This document shows, one piece after another, positions 54,115 to 64,000 of a DNA stretch of 64,000 nt (position 1 is the first letter of the stretch; each line of letters starts with the position of its first letter). Both the position numbers and the translations under genes were made by a program. The DNA is from Octopus vulgaris (taxonomy: Eukaryota). The DNA is taken from positions 16,740,001-16,804,000 of the forward strand of contig OX597819.1 of NCBI GenBank assembly GCA_951406725.2, given 5' to 3'. Below the pieces are notes generated by a model. It made no database searches. It worked only from the letters and a program-made list of their open reading frames with translations, and was not told where the DNA came from.

Positions 54115-54528
54115 CAGGTCGTCGTCGACTTACGACCGATCGCCTTTTCAACGATTGGCGCGCCAGCTCTCGGCAGCAATAATATATAGTGCAACTGAAA
54201 TCTAATGGGTTTAATTTCTTAGAAATTAACTCGTCTACGGATGATGTTAGCTAATAAACGCTTCCCCTAGGTTTGGTTATCGATCACCTCTGTATTGGTT
54301 GACTATCCTGTCGCGGAGGCATCGAGGCAATCTCGTATTTGTTTATAAGACGACTGCTTGAGACTCCGAAATTTTTAACTAATTTTTTAAATACAGAATG
54401 CTGTATGTGACTTTTACCTGAGAATGTACCTTAATAATGTAAAAGTATAAAACAAAGCTATTGTAGGCTTACAGGCCGACTTACGGCCAGTCAGTCGGGA
54501 CCAAATGTGGTAAGTCGACGACGACCTG
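54115..54528. mobile_element. Tigger/pogo-type MITE
   Basis: TA|caggtcgtcgtcgacttac ... gtaagtcgacgacgacctg|TA, a 19-bp perfect TIR. Confidence 0.85.
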
Positions 54529-56063
54529 TATTTATATACAGCTGCTCCGAAAATTACAAATTCTCTACTCAGATTATAGATCAACATCTGTACCTCTAAT
54601 TAGTTATTGGTACTCTTGATTATATTAGTAAATGTCTTAGGAGGTTATTTCGAAGAGTTAGCGTTTTGAAGCATAGAAAGTGACCATCTGTTCGCTTCTT
54701 ACACAATCAATCTACAAGCAAGGACAGTAAAAATATGAAGGTCAACATATTTCTCATTCTAAATTCCAGTGTTAGAGCTTTGTTTCTTTGCTAGAAACCA
54801 ACTATTTCCTAACAAGATACCACATGCAATGGCAACTTTTCCAGCGGTAACTTCGGGTATTCAGCTCCAGCCCAGACTCCGCTGCTCCTCAGGCTGAGAA
54901 AGCAAACTGTCAATGTATCGATCGCTGACAGGTTTATAGTCGAGCCTGTGAGAGTGGAGACATCAGGCGTTCTCGCTCCCCAAACCATATCCCTGCTCAT
55001 CGCTATCGAGTCCTGTGAGTCAGAGTAGCTGTTCCACTGTATCTCTCTCGTCACTTTCCGAGGCAACGCCTTCTCCATTTTGTTTGTTGGGACCACGAAG
55101 TAGAAATTGTACGTTCCATTCCTTGATGTAAAAGTCTGGCATGATGTTAAATATTACCCATCTCAACTTGCCGCAGAGACTTACGGCACTCGACTTCGGT
55201 TAGGAAATTCCACGACTCCAACATTCCACTATCACTTTCTTCCCCATTATACTTCCCTAACCAACAAACAATATTCTACAATTCTGTTATTGCGTATCAC
55301 CTGCCTAGAAGACTTCAATATTTAAAAAAGAAATATAACACATGCACACACGCACATATGCACGCGCACACATGCACGCGCGCGCGCACACACACACACA
55401 CACGCACACACGCGCGTGCGCATAGATTCTTAAACTTTCGCATCGGGCACCAATAAGTAGTTTTGCATTTAAAGGGCTTCAATTGTACAAACACTTGCCA
55501 AAAGATTTAAGAAGTTTGATGAAAATTTTCTTGGAGGCTTTCAAAACGTTATATATGTATAACTTCACTATAACAACTAAGATCAGCCGTCTTCAAAAAG
55601 ATACGTCATAACCAAAGCAGAGAAGTTTCTACAAAATCTTTAATGAACCCAACTATGATTTGGAGTCGGTGATCCAGAAGGACCTGAGTAATGAGAGCTA
55701 AAAACAAATTAAAGAAGCAAAGAATGTGATTGTAGCACCTATATTTTCTTATCCTTTTTTAAATATATATATTCATTTCTTGTTGTTTGTATTCGTAATT
55801 GTGTACTATGTTCTCCGCTTTTTTTTTTTATCTTTGTTGCTGTACACATTCACTTTCGTACAAAGGGGTCTAATGCTCTTAGCTTAGACTTTTTAAATAT
55901 CTCAAGTGTAACTGCCTGAAATGGTCGTGACTTCTGGTACTTGACTGAAGAAAGAAAGCCACCAATGCCCCATCTTTTTTGCCTGTCCTTCTAATTGTTC
56001 TTTCTGTCCGAACGTTTTAATGCCCTCTATTGCGTTTCGTTCCATTTATATATATATATATAT

Positions 56064-56666
56064 GTCCTTTAGTGAACGACAACATCCTGCGGTGCCGAGT
56101 TATTTCGTCACTGCTATTTATACGGAAAGTGTGTGTATAAAATTATTAATAAAATTATTCGTTTGGTTTTCGCTTTAAAGTTTAATTTGTTTCAATAAAA
56201 TTATTCGTTTGGCTTTCGCTTTAAAGTTTAATTTGTTTCAGTTTATGATATACGCGTGTGTCTAAAATTATTCGTTTGGTTTTAGCTTTACAGTTTGTTT
56301 TGAGTGTTTGTTTTGAGATACACGTGTATATAGAATTATTTTGTTTGTTAATTGTTAAACTATTTTCCATTACTTTGGTTTTAGCCTTTAATTTTTTTTT
56401 CTTAATTGTTAAATTAATTTAATTGTTACGCGTGTGTCTAAAATTATTCGTTTGGTTTTAGCTTTACAGTTTGTTTTGAGTGTTTGTTTTGAGATACACG
56501 TGTATATAGAATTATTTTGCTTGTTAATTGTTAAATTAATTTGTTTTTGAAAATGGCTAGTCTAGGCGAGTTGTTTGATACAATGAAAACGGAAGAAGCT
56601 GCTGAATCTTTCTTGGCAGTGACAAAATAACTCGGCACCACAGGATGTTGTCGTTCACTAAAGGAC
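56064..56666 (+). mobile_element. Non-autonomous TIR DNA transposon with internal tandem duplications
   Basis: ~50-bp TIR gtcctttagtgaacgacaacatcctg(c/t)ggtgccgagttattt. Internal ~45-bp and ~108-bp repeats, and a short stub MASLGELFDTMKTEEAAESFL running into the right TIR. Confidence 0.75.
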
Positions 56667-57194
56667 GCAGAAATTGTATTTACCTCAATAGACGTCATTG
56701 ATTGGTTGAAATTGCCGAAATTCGAGAAATTAAACTACATTAAACTTACAAACTACACAATTTTCTCAAGAAAGCCAAGAGAAAAAGATGTTTTATTTGA
56801 TACATTCTACCAGTATACGAAGTTTAAATGTATTTAGTTACAAATAACTTATTTTTAAAATCTGCCGTTCAAACCGAAAAGATCCTAAGAAATGGATAAT
56901 GTAATAGTTATTTACTAGTGTCGGGACAATTCCTTGGGGAGAGAGAGAGAGAGCATTTTTCTCGGAGTAAAATTCCGAAAAATAAGACCGAAAGTTAGGG
57001 ATGGAAAATGAATAGGTAAAGAAAGCAATTGAAATCTTTGCATAAAATGAATTTTTCCATTTTACTCTACATAAACATTACAAAAGAATGATATCACTAC
57101 TGATTAAATAATCAGTTAGTCCTAAGCAGTTTTATGATATACATCTATGTATGGGTAAATGTTATAATATACATCTATGTGTGGGTAAATGTAT

Positions 57195-57229
<35 letters not shown>

Positions 57230-58319
57230 GTGGTATCGATTTGACTAGTTTCAAGGCATTTTAGATCTTTATCATAGAATGAATACCCAACTTCTGTCCA
57301 CAGAAATATTTGTAATAAGTAGGTATTCATAGTGAATACGAATAGGGACACAACTCAATAGGTTACTATAATTTTTATAAGAGTGTATGCACTAACAGCG
57401 TTTTCGAACGATTTGAAGTGTTAAATGTAATTCTTAATAAACAACTGTAACACGCTGTAAAATATAAAACCAAGTGGTTACACACCCAGGTTTTTATTTC
57501 TATCTGAAGAAATAATGGTGTTGATCAGATTAGTTTCTAATCTTTCATGTCCTTCGTCTGAGAAAGAATTCTCATCTTTGTTTACACAGAAATTAGTACT
57601 AGTGAAGGCTTTAATCGAGTAAATGTAGTTATAACTTAAAGCATTGAAAGATTTTCTCTTGTTCTCTATAAACTATGTATATTTTATATCCCTTAATTGA
57701 CTGAGCACTGTAAATGAACTGGAATCATAAAGCGGAGTAACAGAAGGATATCTTGTCTGCTCACTAGAAAACATTAAAATACTGTAAAAAAAATATTATA
57801 AACTCGGTTAAAATCCGCATTCCGTGCAGACTTTCAAGCTGATTCCTGTGGAAGGCTAATTGGGCCTGTGGCCCAAAGCTAAAGTGAGCTAAATAGCATG
57901 TCTATAATACGTCTATAATGACGATATGCCCCGGTGGTGTTTGATCAGAGGTTAAGGACGGATGAGAATTAATTCTGTAATGCAATCATTCTATCGTTCC
58001 AGTCTTAAGTTGAATTCCAACTGTTGACCAATTTGTCCCATAGTTCTTAGCTCGGCGTAAAATTAACGAAGCGAATGTCATTTATCTCCACCTTGATCTC
58101 TGACGTCATCTGACAAACGCCAACCAATATGGCGTGAATCAACCAAGCTTTACCTGCTAGAAATAGCAATCCAAATGCTTTTAAATCAGATCTCAATGCT
58201 GGATGTTCAAGAAACAAATAAAAAGCAGATTTTCAATCCAGGACGTCATCATGATTCCAAAAACGTATAATATATTTATATAAAGCAAATGCAGATTGAG
58301 ATACAGGGGTCCCAGACAG

Positions 58320-59180
58320 ATAAAATTTTGCGTTTATTATTATAGACGTCAAAATGGAAAACTGAAGGTGTTTTAAAGGGAATTAAATTAAAAACGTTCT
58401 TATTTGGATAAAGTTAATAACTTTCAGAATATCAGGCGAAAAATTTGACTTCAAAACCAACAGAACTCCATACACACAATATGGGATCTAAAATAATCTG
58501 CAACGGATATAATTAAGCTAATAAAAATCAAAGATTTAAGAATAACACCAACGCTTTTCAAAGCACTAGAGCATTTCACAACCCGCATGAATTCGAACAA
58601 CTTACCCATACAACCGATAAAAACAACAGTCTATATGAAGTAGGTATAAACACTTACAGCAGACTTATTAAATAATGAAAATATTCAAGAAAACAAGGCC
58701 ACAACATACAGCATAATCAACAACGAAGTGAAAGCTCAGGCGATACATTTAAATATAGCTGATGGAACGGGAAATCTCAACCCACGCAAATTCTACTTAA
58801 CATTAAAGGACCACACAAACAACTTCACAGCTAATCCAAAGTGCAGACTAATAAATCCAAGAAAAATCGAACTGGAAATAGTCAGCAGAGAGATTTTAGC
58901 TTCCATAAATACAAAAATACAACACAACACACTTAATATAAAAGAATTGCAGCAACGCCACTATCAAGTAGTTTACCAATATCGAAGATAAATCCAGCTA
59001 CAGATTTAGCAAGTCGATAATATACAATTTCTACACATCCATTTCAAAATGTCTTCTCTTGGAAGCTCAAGAATTTGGAAAAATATATACTATCATGGCT
59101 GACATCGATACCGATATTACCACATTAGACAGAACTAGATTCACAGTTACTAGCATAGGGTCTACAATAACGACGGGCTC
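58320..59180 (+). mobile_element. Decayed Penelope-like reverse transcriptase fragment
   Basis: FYLTLKDHTNNFTANPKCRLINPRKIELEIVSREILASIN resembles the PLE RT N-terminal TLKDHK...RLINP motif. Frameshifted. Confidence 0.75.
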
Positions 59181-59850
59181 ACAAATCCCAAAACATTTTC
59201 CTTGTTAAAATAAAAAAAATATGACGCTGTGTGTGTGTGTGTGAGTGTCTGATTTAAGAGGCCAAGAACGGCGAAACATCGAAGTAAACAGTCATCGTTG
59301 ATAATGGTTTCTAATTCACGCACAAAATCAGCAGCTTTGAGGAGTGGAGGTTAGTCCATATTATCGACTCCAGTACTTGTACTTCAATTTATCGGCTCTG
59401 GTGGGATGAAAAACAAAGTTGATTTTGATGGAATCTGAACTCAGAGCGTAAGGAGTCGAAAGAAATATCGCAGGGTATTTCGTCCGACGATCTGCAACGT
59501 TCGTGTCATCGCTGGTAAATATTTTGAGTCTATATTACCAATATCGAATCTTTTTATACAGTATATACAAATGCTCAAAGCTATAAAATGAACTATGTAT
59601 GTGCGTGCGGGTGCGTATCTGCACATTTTCACGAACTCATGTTTTAACCGACACCCACAAAATAATTCAATCCGCACACGGACACAATCCCACCCATACA
59701 TCTACACACACGAAGAAGTAGTGTGCTTAAAGAGTTGATTTGTCATGTACAAAAAAAAAAGCTAGTCGAGGTCAAGGAAGGCATTTATTTAGGCCACGGC
59801 ACTGTAAAATGTCCGCTTTATTCACATCACAGACCAACGTCTGTTATTTC

Positions 59851-59894
59851 TACTGCTGCTGCTACGGCTGCTGCAGTTGCTGCTGCTGCTGCTG

Positions 59895-59939
<45 letters not shown>

Positions 59940-59960
59940 TTGCGGTTGCTGCTGCTGATG
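59851..59960. repeat. (GCT)n/(ACT)n trinucleotide repeat
   Basis: Directly visible. Confidence 0.95.
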
Positions 59961-60554
59961 GTAATGACGATGTTGCTATTGCTGATATCGGTGCGAGGCT
60001 GATGTTACGTATCCATCGTCACGTCTTTTACGTTGTTTATATAGCTATGTGTGCACGTTCTTCATAGATACACGCACACAGAAGTACACACACTCTCTCT
60101 CTCACACACACGTATAGACGACACACACACACATATACAAATATGCATAGACAACACACATACACACACCTAAATATGCATAGACAACACACACACAAAC
60201 ACACCACGCACACGTACTAGTAATTGGTACATGCGTAGAACGCTATGTGTACACATATGAAGTCTTACATATAAGCATACACCCCACAGGAATTTATCCG
60301 GATGGACACTTACACGATATTGGTTTTGAATTTGGACACAAGGCTAGCAATATTTTATAGAGCGAGTGTACTTGAGTACTTGAATAGCTTTTTTTATCAA
60401 CTGCGTTATGATGAAAGGCAAAGTTGACCTCGGCGATTTATGAGCTCAGAACTTAAAATGCCGGAAGAAATGCCACTAAGCATTACGTCCAGCGTGCTAA
60501 TGCGTGTGCCACCTCGTCGACTTACGTGCACAACAACAACAACAACTAATAACA

Positions 60555-60595
<41 letters not shown>

Positions 60596-60821
60596 CAATA
60601 ATTCTATTATAGGCGCAAAGCCTGAAATTTTAGGAGGGGTAGTCATTTACACTGATCCCATATATTTGAATAGTACTTGAATGTGTGTTTGTGTATATAT
60701 ATATATATACGTACATAAATATATACATACATATATACATATACACATTTATTTAATATGCTTATATATATATATATAATAATATATATGCATATATGGG
60801 TATAATAATATATATATGCAT

Positions 60822-61138
60822 ATATGGGTACAGGACGTCACCAATGGTAAATACCATGAAATACGAAAACAAATGTGTTCAATATCAATACGCAAAGTAT
60901 GAGAGAAACAAGTGGAAAACAGGACAAGTAACATAAAAAACGACACTTCATCAATTGTCGGTTGTCTATTTACTCCTCATGCTTGAGTAGGTAGACAGCC
61001 GACAGCTGACGAAGGGTCGTTCTTACGTTACTTGTCCTGTTTTCCACTTGTTTCTCTCGTACTTTGCGTATTGATATTGAACACATTTGTTTTCGTATTT
61101 CATGTTGTTTACTGTTGGTGACATCCTGTACCCATATA
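60822..61138. repeat. ~317-bp fold-back (near-perfect palindrome)
   Basis: Arms of ~150 bp, atatgggtacaggacgtcacc... / ...ggtgacatcctgtacccatat, with a loop of about 9 nt near 60976-60984. Confidence 0.9.
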
Positions 61139-61142
61139 AGCT

Positions 61143-61173
<31 letters not shown>

Positions 61174-61204
61174 ATATATATATATATATGTGTATATATA
61201 TATA

Positions 61205-61275
<71 letters not shown>

Positions 61276-61456
61276 GTGTATATATATATATGTATATATA
61301 TATATGTATATATATGTGTATATATATGTATATATATATATGTGTATATATATATATGTATATATATATGTGTATATATATATGTATATATATATGTGTA
61401 TATATATATATGTATATATATGTATATATATATATGTGTATATATATATGTATATA

Positions 61457-61597
<141 letters not shown>

Positions 61598-61692
61598 GTA
61601 TATATATATGTATATGTATATATGTATATGTATATATATATATGTATATATATATATGTATATGTATATATGTATATGTATATATATATATG

Positions 61693-61721
<29 letters not shown>

Positions 61722-61723
<2 letters not shown>

Positions 61724-62402
61724 GAAACCACTGCCCTCTTCCCCCACATCACCACCTCAATACTACTGCAGTAACAAAAACTTAAAGAAACATAGGAAGC
61801 AGAATGCGCCCCCCACGGCACAAACAAGAAATCCCCAAATATGCCGCTATTCACTGCGCCAGAGACTCTGCACAAATAGTGACTGCATCTTCACGCATCT
61901 ACCTGGCACTAGACGCACTACTGGCCAAGGCCAAAGCACGCATCCCACAATAACATCAACACCACCAAATAGTAAATCGAAATTCAAAACACACACAACT
62001 CGGAGTCCCAAAATCTGCCGGTATTCCCAACGTGAGAGAACATGTCTACTGAGTGACTGTCCCTTCACTCATCTTCCAGGGACCCGACGCACAAACAGAA
62101 ACGGGGCCTCAAGCCAACACACAAACCTGAATAACAATAAAAATAGAAACACACCATGCTGCAGTAATGCTGGTCCAGTCTTTTCAGGAAGACACAAAAA
62201 CAACAACAACAAAAGTGGAAACTACAACCCTATCCAACAGTGCAACCACACCTCCAGCCAAAAACTGCTCCCTAAGCAGGAAAATTCTTTTTTAGCCATG
62301 TTGAACATGGCAAAAGAGATACACAAAAACATTCTAGCCATCACTCAACACCATCCTATGCTATTACCCCAGTGCACCAATTCCCCACATTGCTGCCACT
62401 AA
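61722..62402 (+). CDS. LINE ORF1 (probably 5'-truncated) with two CCCH-type zinc fingers
   Basis: [19 protein letters not shown] and [19 protein letters not shown], each followed by LPGTRR. The ATG sits directly at the end of the (TA)n array. Confidence 0.7.
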
Positions 62403-64000
62403 CACACACAAAAAATCCAAGCCCCCTGCAACAGTCAAAACCAGCCACTACACTAACCTCCACATTCCTACTCAATGCACAAGGTGTCAGCCCTTCCATC
62501 AATGCACAAAAATGGAAGGTCCAATTCATTGAAGACTGGGTTGGTAACCATTCACACCACATCCCTTTCTTCATTCTCACTGAGACCCACCTTGACAACT
62601 CCCACTTGGAAGCCGAAGTGAGAGTGAAGAATTTCACAACCATCCGCGCGGATCGTATCGGCAGGAGGAAGGGTGGAACTGCCATTTTCCTGCATGATTC
62701 ATTTACGGCAGATGGAAATAGTATATTCTCCAACGGCTACTGTGAATCAGTCACCGTGCACAACAAAGCCAATGATCTGACAGTAATTGGGCTCTATAGG
62801 CCGCCCCAAACACCCATACTGTGCTTTAAAGAATGCCTCAACAGCATTAAGTGCTTTATTCAACAGTGCCATTCTAGCAACATACTCATGATGGGAGACT
62901 TCAATCTACCCTGTGTTGACTGGACTACAAACTGTTTGAAACCAAGCACTCCCGCCTCAACCGCTGACAAAGAAGCAGCAGAGTCACTTTTCGACTTTAC
63001 GAATGAGTTTTTCTTGTCCCAACTTGTCCTTGCACCAACAAGACATCAGAACATTTTGGACCTAGTGTTTAGTAACCACACTAACACTATACATAACGTT
63101 ACAGTGGAAAAAAACCTTCTTTCAGACCATGACATGGTTCTCTGTAACATGAAATTCCACCAGCCGAAAGCTAATCCTAGTGACCTTCCTCCAGCCCACC
63201 CATTTGACAACATGGATCTCCATAAAGCCAACTGGGATGCAATCAGGAACGAGCTATCAAATGTTGACTGGTCCTTTACACATACACACATCTCCACCAA
63301 CCATAAAACATCTTGGCAGATCTTTGTAGACACCGTCACAGACATATGTGCAAAACACTCCCCACCAAGACCTGTGAACAAAAAGTGCAGAATCCCCCAA
63401 AACAGAAAAACCATTATCAGAAAAATAAAAAGAACAAACAAAAAAATTAACAAACTAAAGTACTGCCAACAGCAACACACACATTCGACGGCTATCGCAC
63501 TGCTTGAATCCAAAAAATATAACCTCCAACAATGCATGAAGTCCCTCATCAATAACCAAAGATCAGCTGAGGAGAAGTGGGCCATTGAAAAAATCAAACT
63601 CAACCCCAAAGTGTTCTTTTCATTTGCGAGGAAACGCAGGGTCACTGTCTCCACTGTAGGCCCTCTAATTGACGAAACTGGCACTCTCCAAGATAATGCC
63701 AAATCCATGGCCGAGATACTGCAGAAACAATACTGCTCTGTTTTCAGCAATCCTGATATGGCCGATCTGGGCTGTATCAGTGATGTCAACCCCCAACACA
63801 CTATATCGGACATAACGTTTAGTGCCCCTGATGTCTTAGCGGCGATAAACGAAATAAAACACAATTCAGCAGTAGGCCCCGATAGGTTCCCTGCTTGTGT
63901 CCTGAAGGTGTGTCGACACCAACTTGCATCTCCCCTTGCTAATCTGTGGAGAAACTCACTGGATGCTGGCTATATTCCAAAAAACCTTCTGTCCCAGTCT
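62276..64000 (+). CDS. CR1-clade LINE ORF2 (APE endonuclease plus start of RT), open to the window end
   Basis: Manual translation shows no stop from 62276 to 64000. APE motifs LLNAQG, LTETHL, DR...GGTAIF, LYRPP, MGDFNLP, PTR...LDLVF and SDH are followed by NPKVFFSF and AVGPDRFP. It is missing from the ORF track because it runs off the window. Confidence 0.92.

Noticed and set aside
54809-55096. 95-aa ORF in a GC-richer patch
   Set aside because: No recognisable domain. It is likely a decayed retroelement fragment that I cannot assign.
63046-63864. 272-aa minus-strand ORF (and 62356-62733)
   Set aside because: These are antisense shadows of LINE ORF2.

Overview
This is eukaryotic, AT-rich, microsatellite-saturated genomic DNA. 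The SINE and transposon content looks like an octopus (coleoid cephalopod) genome, which is an inference. The window lies inside a very large minus-strand Musashi (msi) RNA-binding-protein gene, of which three RRM1 exons (82, 85 and 42 nt, canonical GT-AG, phases compatible) are visible. The rest is mostly repeats: tRNA-derived SINEs, Tc1/mariner/pogo DNA transposons, CR1-like, RTE, R4/Dong-like and Penelope retroelements, and long (TA)n/(CA)n arrays. Almost every ORF in the supplied track is a microsatellite or TE artefact. The least expected signal is a set of RNA-level devices in the retroelements. (1) A non-coding 351-nt-unit retrozyme-like element carries a perfect minimal hammerhead ribozyme on the Musashi sense strand. 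(2) Further hammerheads occur in Penelope-type elements. (3) A degenerate HDV-like ribozyme heads an RTE-derived non-autonomous element. (4) A CR1-like LINE has an ORF2 with no upstream AUG that overlaps ORF1 in the -1 frame, with an in-phase U_UUU_UUA slippery heptamer and a hairpin. (5) A CR1-like LINE shares its 3' tail, including a covarying stem-loop, with the dominant SINE family.
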